A stretch of 64,000 nt of DNA from Flaccisagitta enflata (Eukaryota). The position numbers and the translations under genes are program-made. The stretch is from assembly GCA_965153355.1 (NCBI GenBank), contig OZ231126.1:41230001-41294000 (forward strand). The letters are read 5' to 3'. Each line of letters opens with the position of its first letter. Positions within the stretch are counted from its first letter, which is position 1. Shown here one piece after another: positions 37,202 through 56,200 of the stretch. Under the pieces are notes generated by a model. It was given only the letters and a program-made list of their open reading frames with translations, was not told where the DNA came from and made no database searches.

Positions 37202-38694
37202 CAGTCAGATGTACTCTCAGGAATTCGTTGCTAATGAATAATTTTGGAGGAGCTTCAACCATCGGTCTCAAGACTTAAACCCACCTCCTTCTGTCACTTA
37301 ACTCACTGAAAAATGCGCTAATTTTCTTATCTTTCTTTTTAAAGGAGGGAGAGGGGCTAGCAGGGAAAAAGAGCAGGTTTGTATAAGGGATAAATTCGTG
37401 TAAGATTCAAGTTGGAAGATCAACTATAAAAACTCTCAATAAGTTGACATTGATTTACGCTCTACCTATTATATTTCAATTCATTATTTCCTGCATTCTG
37501 TTCCGTTCTCTACCTATTATATTTCAATTCATTATTTCCTGCATTCTGTTCCGTTCCTTATGCTTTTGTTTAGTTCATTGCCTACATATGTTAAAGCATA
37601 CATTGAGTTATTGTTGTGTTACCTTTTCATAGTGAAAGACCCTATGTTTGCACCCTGTGGCTTATTTGGCTGGATATCTATTTAAGACTTTAGAACTGGC
37701 TTCTGGAAAAGTGGCCTTCATTGTCCCGCAATAATTTCCTTTCACTTTGTATTTCTTTGCCTAGATCATAGCAGAGAACCAAGTAATGCAAGAAGACAAA
37801 TATCAAATCACAATCGTTAGTTAAATAGTTACAAAGGAACTCTTTCAAGCGATCGGGTTCAAGCCTACGTGGAAGAAGGTAAGGCCCGCAAGATATAGGC
37901 CCTTACATTTGAAGATGTCTTTTTTTTTGTCTGTTTATGTACAGGGCTTATGGAAAGTTTCTGGGGTATCATACTAGCAGCTGATCGTTGGGCAGGGCCG
38001 AAAACGGATATGTTTACCTGTCTTACACTTCAGCAATTTTGCCCAACGAACGGACGGACAAATCAACAGATAGGGGACCAACGGACGGAAAAAGTCGTGT
38101 GAAAGTGACTGAAATCTGTTGACACTTTCTAAGATTCATCGCCCCTAACGAAATGATTTAGAAACGGTCGTGTGGATCGTCGAACGAATGCGTTACCGAC
38201 GGACCAACCGACCAACTGAACAACCGACCAATCGACCAACGGACCAACGGACACTGCCTTTTATTGACGCGCTAAAAAATAGAAGCCCACCTGAACACAT
38301 GAGCAATCGGGACCACGAAAACGGGATAAACTAGCTAGGTCAATAAGATCACATTGGTTGTCTGTATACAAAAGCAGTTAAAAAAGTACATAGAGCTAGA
38401 CTAAATACATAAATGGGCAATTTTTCTTTCTCATCCTGTTGTTTTTGACACTATAATTGTTGCTGTTTTTTTTTTACATTTGTTTTACTTATCAAAGCGT
38501 GATCTCGACTTTCACTTCCACAAGATCACCCAATACAAGCAATTTCAAAGGGTTAAAGAACAAGTCATTGCAATCGCGGAGGCCTCGACTCGACTCTTTG
38601 GGGATTTTTTTCTGCCTTTTGGCTCTACTATGGCTGTCAATTGACAAAATTGCATAGAATTGACATCAATTCAAAAAAGAAAAGGGAGTGAGGG

Positions 38695-38740
<46 letters not shown>

Positions 38741-39273
38741 AAAAGAGCGAGAAAGACGACAACTACGGCATATCATTTCGAAGTGGAGCGACGCAACACC
38801 CCGCAACTTCATCGTCGACAGCAAAAAAAAAAAAATGCAGCAGCTGCAACAGCAGACTACATCAGCAGCAGCAGTCGCAGCAGCGGGGAATTGATTAGAT
38901 CCGTTGGAGGAGAATAAATGTGACTAGGAATTAGATGTCAAAGGAGAAAAGATTACGAAAACTGTCCCAGCGTTCAACTGCCTTGTTTGGCTCCCATAAA
39001 CTCACGATTCAATCCAACGTCGACGCGCTTGGGTGGAGAGAAAGGAGAAGAGAGGAAGAGAGGGAGGGAGAAGAGAGGGAGGGAGAAAAGAGGAAGAGAG
39101 AGAGAGGGAGAAGAGAAGGAGGGAGAGGAAGGGAGAGACGATGAGAGGGAGGGAAAAGAGCGAAAGGAAAATACGTAAAGACAGAGAGGAGCGGAAAGGA
39201 GGGGAGAGGCGATGGGAAAGAAAGCGCGACAGGAAGAGAGGAGAAAGGAAAGGGGAGCGGGGAGGGGAGAGTG

Positions 39274-39356
<83 letters not shown>

Positions 39357-39489
39357 CGTGAGGCGAGCTCGGAGAGAGACGAAGCTGAGGGGAGGGAAAC
39401 ACATGTTGGTGAGGAAGGAAAGCGTGGGGAAAATTGCCTCTGATAGAATTAGATTTAAGCTCGTTCAGAAATTTGAAAAGTGAAAACAC

Positions 39490-39673
<184 letters not shown>

Positions 39674-39711
39674 GGGAAATACATACACGCACGCACGTAG
39701 GCACGCACACG

Positions 39712-39898
<187 letters not shown>

Positions 39899-40633
39899 TG
39901 TTGTTGGCAAATAAGCTTTCAAACGAAAAACTCGCGTGACCGATTGATTTACCAATGGACCGATGGACTTATTTTAATGATATGGCTACGTTAAAAGTAT
40001 GGCGGGATGAAATCGTTTGGGCAACTCGATGCGTCATCCGCGATGATCAAAAAGGACAGTCTGCCCGGCATACGGACGAATGTACAGACCTTCCATTGAC
40101 GTACTATACCCCTTCACACCCCTTCACACCCCTCCACATTTTCTCCCACACACACAAACACATGCAAAGGCGCACCAATGGACGGACCAACTGACCGACA
40201 GGCTGATGGACGGACCGACGAACGGACAAAGTCCTAGGATTCCCGAAAGTGCTTCCCTCTCTTCGGGCAATTACAAAGACGCGGTAAATTCAGCTAAAAT
40301 CGTTTTCATTAGAAACAAGGCCAAGTAGGCCAATAAGGTTTGACGTGTGGATCGTCGAACATATGCGTTACCAACCAACCGACCGACCAACCGACGGACA
40401 CAGCCAGTTACAGAGGTGCTTTGTCGCACCTAAAAAAATGTCATCAGTCAATTCAGTCTCAAATCTCTACGCATGCCCATGATACTTTTGAGTGCCGAAG
40501 GTCCTTCAGCCAAATCATCGCAATTGAGACACCAGTTGTCGCAATCTTGAAGTCGTGGTACACGAAGGAGTTTCGTGGGAATTCAAACCGATAACGAGCC
40601 GCCAGCTGCCCGTCAACATCTCCTTATGAACAC

Positions 40634-44641
<4,008 letters not shown>

Positions 44642-44900
44642 TGAACACGTTCCAAATGTGCCCGATGAGCAGGTAGAACGTAATCGCAACACGTCTTCGC
44701 CCAAAGCTGCTGAATTCGTCGCGAGGAAATCTGTAAGTAGTTAATATGGAGCATTTAAAACATTTGATACCGCGGCCAGATTCTGCACAAACTGATCCAG
44801 GAACCAGAAATCTTTGAGCCCTTCGGGATGTAAATAACGAATTACAAAAAAACAAACAAAAAAAAAACATTGTTAACCCGCTGGGAAATTACACTCATAC

Positions 44901-44995
44901 CTTGAATATTTCCGAATGGCCGACTCGGTAATGTTGAATCAATTCCCAACCATCGTGGGGCAAAAATGTAATATCCCCCTGGCGGGAGGACGAAT
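44901..44995 (-). CDS. Orphan exon candidate; the next exon (from 44730) is interrupted by the hAT element
   Basis: Strong acceptor (cccttactcttcctcag|) and donor (AAG|gtatga), followed by a 170-nt intron ending ttaactacttacag. Two frames are open and no homology was recognised. Confidence 0.35.
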
Positions 44996-45164
44996 CTGAG
45001 GAAGAGTAAGGGGCAGGGAAAGGCAAGGTAATATCGAGGAAGGGGAAGTCAGTCCGACTGCTTGTACGTAGGTGATTCTGACTCTCTTTCCTTCTTTCTT
45101 TTCGTTCTTTCGTTCTTTCGTTCTTTCGTTCTTTCGTTCTTCCATTCTTTCATTCTTTCGTTCG

Positions 45165-45247
<83 letters not shown>

Positions 45248-45280
45248 TCCTCTTTCTTATCAACTTCATTTATTTTTTTT

Positions 45281-45386
<106 letters not shown>

Positions 45387-46202
45387 TATTTCTTTCTTGG
45401 TACACAACACGTCTCTGGTCTCACTCACTTTTCTTTCTCTCTCTGGCACACTCAACTGAGTTAATTACATCCACTTAAAGCTTCACCCGGCAAGGCCTCT
45501 TTTGACCCGTCGAGGTTCCGCCGAGGGAACAGAAGGGATTGAGGGGGGCGAGGGGGTGATGGAATGGAGAGTACTGCCGTAGTGGAATTTATAAAGAGTT
45601 GGAGGAGGTGGAGAGGGCAGGGGAGGGAGTTATGGTTCAACTGGAAGAGGAAGAAGAAGAAAAAGAGGAGAGAGGGTAAGGTAAATGTAAAAGAAAGAGG
45701 TTTAAAGGAGTATATAGTCGGGGTTAGTGTAAAGGGAATAGATGAGAGGAAGGGGGAGGAACGGAATGATAAAATAATGAAAGAAAAAGAGATGTTAGAG
45801 GCAGAAGGGAGAGAAAAGTATGAGGGTGAGACTGAAGACAGAAGAGAGTCAAGATGAAAAGATGGGCAGGGTCTCTTGCAAGCGGATGGAGGTACTGTGG
45901 GGATGGGTAAATTTGCAAAGGAGGAAGGGAAGAAGAGAGTGGGAGAGAGAAAGAGAGGAAGGAAGAGAAAGAGAGAAAGGAGGAGAAAGAGGAGGTTGAA
46001 AGGGGAAGTCTGAGAGCCGATGAGGTCCCGAGAACCTCCTTCTTTTCGTTTTTTTGGAAGTCACTCGCGAGAGGCCGCCCTCTCACTTCTCGGGCATATC
46101 AATAAAAGAGCAATTCCTAAAGCAGTTTGAACTCTTTTATCCTCTCTCTCTCTCTTTCTCGGGCTGACATGAAAGAAAGAAAGAGAGAGACTGAGAGAGA
46201 GA

Positions 46203-46300
<98 letters not shown>

Positions 46301-46409
46301 GAAAGAGAATGAAAGAAAGAAAGAAAGAAAGGAAGGAGGAAGGAAAGAGAGTAAGAAAGAAAAATTAAAGAAAGAGAATAGAAAGAAAGAGAATAGAAAG
46401 AAAGAAATA

Positions 46410-46449
<40 letters not shown>

Positions 46450-46458
46450 CAGACAGAA

Positions 46459-46505
<47 letters not shown>

Positions 46506-46506
46506 T

Positions 46507-46545
<39 letters not shown>

Positions 46546-46720
46546 AGAACGAATATAAAAGAAAAGACAGAGAAATAGAAACAAAGATAGAAATTTGGGG
46601 AAAAAGGAGAAATAATGAAAAAGAATTAAAGAGAGAAATTTTCGTTGGAGAAAAGAAGGAATTTCTTTATCATTCCTTTATGGATATCAGATGGGAGGAG
46701 TTTTCTGTGTGTCTGTGTGG

Positions 46721-46826
<106 letters not shown>

Positions 46827-47333
46827 ATAAAGGAAAAAGAGGAAAGATTATGTGCAAAAGTGTGCAAAAGAGTCATGGTGCAAGCAAATTTGACTTCAGC
46901 TAAAAAAGAAAGGGTCGCTTTTTTCATCAGGCGGGCGGAGTAAATGGCCAAAGTGGAGTGTGGTTAGTTGAATGTGGAGAGTTTGGTGGTAGTGGAATTT
47001 GGGTTTATCTAAGACGGTTCTTTTGATACGTCCTCGCATCTCTATACTATCTTATAAAAAAAATCTTCCGCCCTGTAATAAAGATGTATTCAATGTTATC
47101 AAAATAGATATGAAGCGGTTACAAAACCATGAATAATTAGTGTGAGCTCTTTTTGGCTGAATCACGGCCGCCATTTGTTAGAGAAACAATTTTTAGAGCT
47201 TCTCGTTGTATACTGGAGTGATAGGTCTTCAGATCTTTTTCATACCTTTTTTTGATCTCTTCTTCCGGTACATTTACACTCAAAGCTACCAAAAAACTTA
47301 TCAAATTATAGAAAAATCGGTGACAGAAATGAA

Positions 47334-47550
47334 GCCCTTCGAATTTGCAAGCTTTCCACGCAAACCGCATCTGTCTAGCTCAATGCGTTTAGAAGAATTT
47401 AAAAAAACAGTGAAAAGATCTCATTGAAATTTTGTATAGAAATTGCAGAAGCAAAATTGAAGTATTTCAATCAAAGCTAAATAACTTTTAAACGCATAGA
47501 GCAAAAGGGATGCGGTTTGCGTAGATCTCTTGCAAATTTGAAGGGCTTTA
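47334..47550. repeat. Imperfect hairpin with ~65-bp arms (MITE remnant)
   Basis: GCCCTTCGAATTTGCAAG...CGCAAACCGCATC...ATGCGTTTA pairs with TAAACGCAT...GATGCGGTTTGCG...CTTGCAAATTTGAAGGGC. Confidence 0.75.
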
Positions 47551-47789
47551 TTTATCTCACCAATTTTTTCATGATTGGTTGATTCTAACCAGAGAATTAC
47601 ATATGACGGCGAGACTCCGAAGACAACAATTTTTGTTTCAATGAGGGTCAAAATAGAAATATGAACCTAAGTAAAATTGAATAATTGCATCAAAAAAATC
47701 AGTGAAAAAGGTTGATCTTAGTAATATTTTGCATGATTCACATTCTAATACAAAAAATCAACTTAATATGGCAACGACTAATAAAGAAA

Positions 47790-48230
47790 AGTTACTGCAA
47801 ATTTCTGAAAATTTCATTTTTGTTAACTGACAGGGGGTGGTTGAAATTCTAAATTTGCATAGAAAATGAAAAAATGAAAAAATGAAAAACATAGTTCTCT
47901 TCCAAATTCGATTACAGAGAGAACTATGTTTTTGAAAATGCAAAAATTTGCTGCATTTAAGAGTCTTAGAATTTCAACCACAGAAAAAGAAAAAAAAATG
48001 TAAGCGAAATTTCATAAAAACCTTGATTTTCTTGCCTTATTTGTGTAATTTGCATATCTTAAGGTACCTATGAGGTCAGCTTATGACAAAGATGTACACA
48101 CCAAGTGTCCCTAGAGATAATTTGCCCAAGAAAAATATTTGTAGTTCTTCACTTGTTCAACTAAAAATGCATAAACAGGTTTGAAACACTAATTTCTACC
48201 TTCAGAAATTAACCGTCATATAAACGTGCC
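47790..48230 (+). repeat. Dispersed AT-rich repeat (transposon-derived, unclassified)
   Basis: Colinear with 25860-26290 (TTTGCATAGAAAATGAAAAAA...GAGAAC.ATGTTTTTGAAAATGC) and partly with 13580-13700 and its mirror near the window start. Confidence 0.6.
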
Positions 48231-48644
48231 AGAAGATTTTTTTTTCTATGATGGTAGTAGGCTGTGTCCGTTGGTCGGTCGGTCGGGTAACGCATTCATA
48301 AAAATCACAGAATCTTTTGTCCACAGAAAAGTGAAACCAACCCAGTAAAAGTAGCATACTGTTAGAAATTCATTCATTAAATCATTTATTCATTCATAAA
48401 AAGAACATTCATTCATAAAAAAAACATTCACTCATTTGGAAAAAAGTCGAAGAATACCTTCGGCTTTTTGAGCCCTACGGCGGAAATTGATTTTCCCCTT
48501 TTCTCATGAGTGGTTTGCGAAAGTTGATCAGTTTTTGGGCCCGAATGATGCTATGCATGAAATTGATAGCTAAGAAAGAGTTAATTTTCCACTTTCAGAT
48601 GACACCTAGCAGAATTCTGTGTGATTGATGGTTTTGAGTTATGA

Positions 48645-49250
48645 TTTTTGGGCAGCGGCCCCGAAGGGGACGAAGTCCTGCAGAACACAGGGGGAATCTG
48701 TCCGTCCGTACGTACGTACATCCGTCCCCCCCTGCTCCATCCTCAGGGCTTTGTCTCCTTTGGGGCCTATTCTGACCCTCATTCTGCCAAATAGCCCAAA
48801 TCCAAGCAATATGGCCCAAATTTAAGCAAAATGACCCAAATCCAAGCATATTGGCCCAAATCCAAGCAAAATGGCCCAAATCTTGCCAGAAAACCCTAAT
48901 TCTGGCCTGAGGTCCATCATTTTGGCCTCCAATACCTAGATTCTGACCAGATTTGGGCCATTTTGCTTGGATTTGGGCCAATATGCTTGGATTTGGGTCA
49001 TTTTGCTTAGATTTGGGCCATATTGCTTGGATTTGGGCTATTTGGCAGAATTAGGGTCAGAATAGGCCCCGAAGGAGAGGATGGGGCAGGGGGGGACGGA
49101 CGGATGGACGGACGGACGGTCAGATTCCCCCTGTGTTCTACAGGACTTCGTCCCCTTCGGGGCCGCTGCCCTGCTCCCTCTCAACTTAAATCACATACTA
49201 CTCAAGCAGGGCACGGGTACCGCTGACCACTTACCGCCTTTGGGCTGCTA
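48645..49250 (+). mobile_element. DINE-1/HINE-like family B element that is almost entirely palindromic
   Basis: GGGCAGCGGCCCCGAAGGGGACGAAGTCCTG... IR. The central repeats (GGCCCAAATCCAAGCAA)n switch to (TTGCTTGGATTTGGGCC)n at ~48925. Confidence 0.78.
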
Positions 49251-50970
49251 TTTGAATCTTTTTTTATTTTTCCGCATTTTTCGCATTTTTCCCAAAAATG
49301 AGAAATCAAGTTAGTTGAAGTCTAATTGAACTTTTAAATGTTCCAGGTGATAATTGTGCATCCTGACAGCACAGTCTATCTCTCATTTTAACTCCAGACT
49401 CTATGAGAGGCTTTGTCCGTCAGTCAATCCATCGGTCTGTTGGTCCGTTTGTCTGTCCGAGTGGAAAAGTGGAAAAATAAGGGGTCTAGATGCTTGTGTG
49501 TGGGGGTTGAGGTTGGGGTGTGGATGGGGGTTAGATGCCCTTGTCCACCTGTCCACAACTCTTGTTTTTTCTCTCAGCATTTACGACTTTTTTCCTACGG
49601 CGATTAGCCGCCTTTATTGGTAGAAAAAATCTATCAAAATAAAAAGTATTCATTCGATAAGAAACATTCATTCAAAGTGGACGCATTGTTGGACTACTTG
49701 GCCTTGTTTTTATTTGGTTGGAGTGAAGCTCGGTTGGTAATCATTCAATTGGGGTGTTTGTATATGGGTTTGGGTAGTTGGTGATGGGAATGAAGTGCGG
49801 TTGGAAGAAATACATCCGTGCACGAGAAAAAATGTGCCTTTTTGAAGTTTACTGGGGTCTTGGCAGAGTTTTGTGACACAATGACTATTTGGGATAATGA
49901 ACAATATTAAATCAGGTCTGGGTAGAACGAAGAACGAAATGAAGTTGCGCGGGAAAATCAAAATGATTCAAAATCAAACATTCAAACCTTAGTACTCGAC
50001 TAAAAAGAAAAGCCACACCCTATAGATTTTGAGTTGATCAATGAGAAAAAGAGATCATTTAAACATTTTTCCGTTGAAGTGATCATAAAGATTTTCAAAT
50101 TTTCTTTCATTCTAGACTAGATAGTATGTTTACCCCTTCGCGGATGCAGGCTACCTGTTCCTGGACGGAATTTACTATTTTTATGTTTTTATAATGTAAA
50201 ACAAAACAGTGGCAAACTTTTTGACCAATTTTGGCTACCGCGAGTTCCATTTATTTATCACCTATCCAAGGTGGTTGTGGTGAAAATGTTGAAATTTGGT
50301 CACTTTTGGCTCAAAATCGGGCCACTTTGGTTTTGAAATTTGACCCAGAATCTGTGAGATTATGAAACTAGAGCTCAAGAGCTAACCAGTGGTGCAATCC
50401 GCATGTTGCTATCGTGTTTTGTTAAGATTTGAGAGCTTTTCAAAGATGGAAGGGTATGAGGGTTTTTTAACCAGATGAATTTGGTGGTCAAATTTGACAT
50501 TTTTTACAATTTTTGATATATCTCCGCTTTGGATGAACAAATTTGGATGAAATTGGTGACCAAATTGAAGAGTTTTTGATGCTCTAACTGAATCTGCTAA
50601 AGTTTTTGATCGATATGACCCTCAAAATTTTGGCGAGACTCTAGAAGCAGGTGCTGAAAAATGAAGTTTTTCGCCATTTTGGCTACTTTGGTCAAATAAT
50701 TTGGGCACTTCCGAGATAGAAAATGACAAAAAATCAGTGGGCAAATTAAACTTCTGTTCAAGATCTAACCAATGGTGGAATCGGCACGTCAATGAATGAT
50801 CTTTTATTCGTCAAGACATGACAGAAGCATACCCATTAGCGCTCATGGAATGCGAAGAAAATGGCTTGAGTAGCCCCACCCGGCGCTTTTTCCTTTCCAA
50901 TATAACTGAAAAAGAGTAAACAGCCCTCAGATTGTCACGGGCATTCAAATTGGAGCAGCGGTAGTTAAAG

Positions 50971-51128
50971 AACAAGGCCGGATACACGGCCACCAGTTGC
51001 GGACGGGTGGGCAGGGGCGGATATGCTCGTTTTCACACTTTTCGACTCGTGGTCACGGACGGACCGACCGACGGACCGACGGACGGACGGACAAAGGCTC
51101 TTATAGAGTTGCGTGTCCGCAACTGAAA
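50971..51128 (-). mobile_element. DINE-1/HINE-like non-autonomous Helentron, family A
   Basis: On the - strand: T run, subterminal AGTTGCGGAC, (GTCC/GTCG)n microsatellite, inverted GTCCGCAACT, 3' stem-loop GGCCGTGTATCCGGCC, end TTGTT; no TSD. Other copies at ~23061-23142, 27800-28068, 41160-41330, 49390-49565, 52968-53160 and 61414-61605. Confidence 0.75.
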
Positions 51129-51654
51129 ATGTGGGAAAAACAGAATACATGGGTCAGACACCCCTAACTTTGTTAGTTCATATTTTCCAAACGAATTGAG
51201 CCAATGACCTCAACTTGGACTCATTTCAAAGAGAACACGCAGCTCTTTAAAATGAGCCCAAGTTGAGGTTACTAGCTCAATTCATTTAGAAGCAGCATTG
51301 CTCCAAAGTTGATGTAATTTTGAGCAAAAATGGATTTCACTTACCCAACTTTGCAAGCTTATATCTTCTAGACAAATTGAGCTAATGACCTCAACTTGGG
51401 CTCATTTTAAAGAGCTGCGTCTATTCTTTAAAAGGAGCCCAAGTTGAGGTCATTAGCTTAATTCGTTAAGAAACAGCATTGCTCCAAAGTTGATGTAAGT
51501 TTGAGCAAAACATGGATTTCACTGATGCAACTTTGCAAGCTTATTTCTTCTAAACGAATTGAGCTAATGACCTCAACTTGAGCTTATTTCAAAGAGCAGA
51601 CGCAGCTCTTTGATATGAGCCCTAGTTGAGGTCATTATCTCACACACACACACA

Positions 51655-51748
<94 letters not shown>

Positions 51749-52784
51749 CACGCACGCATGCATGCACGCAAGCACTCACGCACGCACGCGCGTGCACACA
51801 CACACACAAAGGCGCACACACACACACACATCACATATCAGAGGTGTCACCAACGAGCTACTGGTCGATTAATCGGGTCAATTTTTAGCATATCAGAATA
51901 ATCTTCCCGAGACATCAAAACTTAAATTAATCAGGTCGATTATTTGTCTGTTTTTCTCTGGCTAGCATAGATTAGATTTAACAATGAGACTGACTTAAAT
52001 TTCCCTTAAAAGTAACAAATTAGCTTGTAAAATTGAATTCTATTTATATGGAATGTTAATTAATGGAAACTTGTTAATAAAATTTATTGCAGAAGTATGA
52101 AAGTATTTTGGAAATCACAGAACCCTGGCGATTGGATGACGGTGTGGGACAAACATGCTCTGAAACAAAATTCAACTACAAAATCTTGTTTACACCTGCC
52201 TCAGATTGTGGTGCATAAAGAGCAACTTTTCACTATTAGATGGAAGAGGTGCGATCTTTTCTCATCCAAAAATTTCCCTATTTCAGAAAAAAAAACCTTT
52301 CTGAGTACAGACAAAAGTAAAATACTAGAAGTTAATCCCCCAAAAACTGTAGCAACCCCCTCCCCTTTACAACCATAATGAAGAAAGGCATATGAAATAG
52401 GGTATGGAAGTTTAAATCAATATAATTAGCCTTATCATGGCAAATTTTGAATTTTATTACCAGTAATAAATTATGGCTTAAAAACTAGTTAAAATTGATA
52501 TTTTTTGAATCATGCTAAAAATGCAATTTTATACTGGTCTTTAGCTAAGACTTTTTACTGGGAATGAAATTCAAAAATCACTCTTTGCGGCTACATGTAT
52601 TGATATTAGCTACTATTCCTAATCTTAAATATCTTTTTTTATTTCGTATTAAAGGCTGTGGGGGGTGCTACAGTTTTTCGGGGGTAACTTTTTGCATTTC
52701 ACTTTGTCTGTATGCGCTTGATCAAGAAGTAGAAAAGTTTTTTTCTGGCTAATTGGCAAAGTGATGGGAAATCTTGCAAAATAA

Positions 52785-53280
52785 ATGAAAAACACTTTAG
52801 TCTCAAGATTAGGACTACAGTCATGGCATTTCTTTGTCGCTCTTCAAATAGAAACCGACTGGTTAAGCAAGCCAGTCTCTACTTGGGCGAACAATCTAGC
52901 TTACCAGCGATTTCACAAGTTTGCTCACGATCTGCCAATCTCAAATGATAGCACTGAAAGAATAATAACAAGGCCGAATTCACGGCCACCAGTTGCGGAC
53001 GAGTGGGCAGGGGCGGAAATGCAACTGTCCGCAACTAAAAATGTTCTAAAACGCTTTTTTACCCACTTTTTGACTCATGCTGATGGACCGACGGACGGAC
53101 CAACAGAGAGATGGACGGACAGACAAAGCCTCTTATAGAGTTTCGTGTCTGCAACTAAAAAGAACGAGCGACTACTCAAATTCTGGTTTTCAGGCCATAT
53201 TGAGTGTTGTCGGGGAGGCAATTGAGCGCTTACCAAGCCGAAGCACAGAAGCGGCATTAGTGAAGGCATATGATGATTGA
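52785..53280 (+). pseudogene. Transposase C-terminal remnant split by a HINE insertion
   Basis: LGLQSWHFFVALQIETDWLSKPVSTWANNLAYQRFHKFAHDLPISNDSTERII [insert ~52968-53160] KRTSDYSNSGFQAILSVVGEAIERLP. This resembles the recalled SWxxF...FL..PV..W....Y...L.VVNDxAER...FQxLLQVVE pattern of hATm-type transposases. Confidence 0.75.
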
Positions 53281-56200
53281 TTTTGGTCCGTATCTTTAGC
53301 CTCTGTTGCCTGGTATTTAGGCCTCTTGGTTTTTATATCCTTGCGTATTTAGATTTTCGAATTTGGCAATATTCTAACATTATTTTAGAAATTTGTAAAA
53401 TTTTGTTTTAGAATTACATTAAAATTTTGTTATATTTTCTTTTAGAATTATATTAGAATTTTGTAATATTTTGTCTTAGAATTTAGAATTTTGTACAATT
53501 TTGTTATTGAATTAATTTTGAATTTTGCAATACTTCTATTTGATGAAAACAAGATTTCATAAAAAAGATTAAAGTGAAACTGAAAAAAGACTTTTGAAAG
53601 CTTGTCTCATTTTCCTCTTAGTTGCCAACGCCCGAGGGATTTTTGGTAAGGGTCAAGGCAATCTTAGATGAGGACAGGAACCAACAACCTTATACTGCGA
53701 CTTTGGTGATATAGACCAACAGCCTGATGGACCGACAGACCAACTGACCAGCTAAAGAGCGTATATAATGGTTGTGTCGTGTAGGCGTGAAATGGTAAAA
53801 TTCTGTGAATAAATACAATACTAAATTAGTACCTTGGTTAGTCACACACTTGTTATTTGACATCTTAGGGCGGTTATTCCCAACTGCCCCAGCCCAAATT
53901 CCCAAAAATCGTTTCACTTCACTGCCTAGAGCTATCCTGTATCCAAACTTAGGTCATTACTCATTAGCTCAATTCATTAAGAAAATATAAGCTTGCAAAG
54001 TTGCATGATTGAAATCCATTTTTTGCTCAAACTTACATCAACGTTGGAGCAGTGCTGTTTCCAAACGAATTGAGCTCATGACCTCAACTTGGGCTCATTT
54101 TAAAGAGCTCCGTCTGCTCTTTAAAATGGGCTCAAGTTGAGGTCAATTGCTCAATTTGCTTAAAGATATAAGCTTGCAAACTTGCATAAGTGAAATCCAT
54201 ATTTTGCTCAAACTTACATCAACTTTGGAGCAATGCTGCTTCCAATCAGATTGAGCTAGTAACCTCAACTTGGGCTCGTTTTAAAGAGCTGCGTCTAATC
54301 TTTAAAATGAGCTCAAGTTGAGGTCATTAGCTCGATATGTTTGAAAAATATGAGCTAACAAAGTAAGGGGTGTCTGACCCATGTGTGCTCTGTTTTTTCT
54401 TCATTTTTCTTCAACTACCGCTGCTCTGATTCGAATGCCCTTGACATTCTGAGTCCTGTTTACTCTTTTTTAGTTATACTGGAAAGGAAAAAGCGCCGGG
54501 TGGGGCTACTCAAGCCATTTTCTTCGCATTCCATGAGCGCTAATACCCATACATACACACTGCAAACTACAGAATACATACTAAAAGGATCGTTGCTCAT
54601 TTTCAATGCGTTCTGACACTAAAAGAGCGGTTAATTGCACGAGTAGGTTAAAGCATATAGATTTGGCAAAGCTTCAAAGATCAGTGGGTATGATAAAATG
54701 ACATTTTTTGGTAATTTTGGTCATTTTGGGCTCAAAATTGGGCCACTTCCCTTTATAAATTTGACCCAAAATCTTTGAGATTATGAAACTAGAGCTCAAG
54801 AGCTAACCAGTGGTGCAATCCGCATGTTGCTATCGTTTTTTGTTAAGATTTGAGAGTTTTTCAAAGATGGAAGGGTATGAGGGTTTTATTACCAGATGAA
54901 TTTGGTGGTAAATTTTGACATTTTTTACAATTTTTGATATATCTCTGCTTTGGATGGACAAATTTGGATGAAATTGGTGACCAAATTGAGGAGTTTTTGA
55001 TGCGTTAATGGAATCTGGTAAAATTTTTGATCGATATGACCCTCAAAATTTTTGGGAGAACCTAGAAGCAGGTGCTAATAGTCGCAAAAGCGTTGGTCAG
55101 CGGTACCCGATGCCCCTTTGTTGGTTTATGTTGGCGTGAGATGATAAGTGGGGCAGCGGCCCCCGCGGGGCCGATGACCTATGATTCCATGTTGGACAAT
55201 TGCAGGGTCTTTAAGACCTGCTTTTGGGTCCAAGTAGCCTGAGTTGAGGTCTGAGTTGCCTGATTTGAGGCCTAAGATGCCTGATCTGAAAGGGTTGAGA
55301 AGCTGGTGTTGGGGCTTAGAGGCCTCAATTTGGGTCTAATTTAGAGCTCAAGGCCTGATTATAGGCTGGGAAGGCCTGATTCGAGGTCTGGAAGGCCTGA
55401 TCAGGGGTCCAAAAGGCCTGATTTAGGGTCGGCTTAGGCCTGATTTGGGGTCTGAAAGGCCTGATTGAGGTTCTGAGAGGCCTAAATTTAGGTCTAGAAA
55501 GCCTAATCTGGGATCTGATAGGCCTGATTTGGGGTGTGAAAGACTTAATTCAAGGCCCAGGAGGCCATGTTCTAGGAATGGGGGGACAGACAGATGGACT
55601 GACGAACGAAAACCAGAAAATTGGCCCTATGTGGAATCATAGGTCATCGCATGCCCAATAGTCGCAAAAGCGTCAGATGGTCAGCGGTACCCGTGCCCTG
55701 CCTGAGTAGGTTGTGCTTGAAGGTGAGGGGTAAGCAGGGCAGCGGCCCCGAAGGGGTCGATGACCTATGCTTTCACACATATGGGGAATTTTCTCCTCCT
55801 CCTGGGATTAGACCTCTTGGCTGGGATTTGGGCCTCAAGGATGAGATTTGGGCCTCAAGGCTGGGATCTGGGCCTCCAGGCCAGGATTTTGACCTCTAGG
55901 CTAGGATTTGGGCCTCAGGGTTAGGATTTGGGCCTCAAGGTTAGGATTTGGGCCTCGAGACTGGGATTTGGGCTTGAGACTGGGATTTGGGCCTCAAGAC
56001 TGGAATTTGGGCCTCAAGACTGGAATTTGGGCCTCAAGACTGGAATTTGGGCCTCAAGACTGGAATTTGGGCTTCAAGACTGGAATTTGGGCCTTGAGAC
56101 TGGAATTTGGGCCTCGGGACTAGAATTTAGGGGGGGGGGACGGAGAAGAAGGAGAAGGAGGAGGAGAAAATTCCCCATATGTGTGAAAGCATAGGTCATC

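Larger units (their letters stand above)
50837..54542 (+). mobile_element. ~3.7-kb hAT (hATm-like) transposon with long hairpin-module TIRs
   Basis: Ends TAGCGCTCATGGAATGCGAAG / CTTCGCATTCCATGAGCGCTA; perfect 8-bp TSD ATACCCAT (50829-50836, 54543-54550); transposase remnant on the + strand. Confidence 0.92.
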
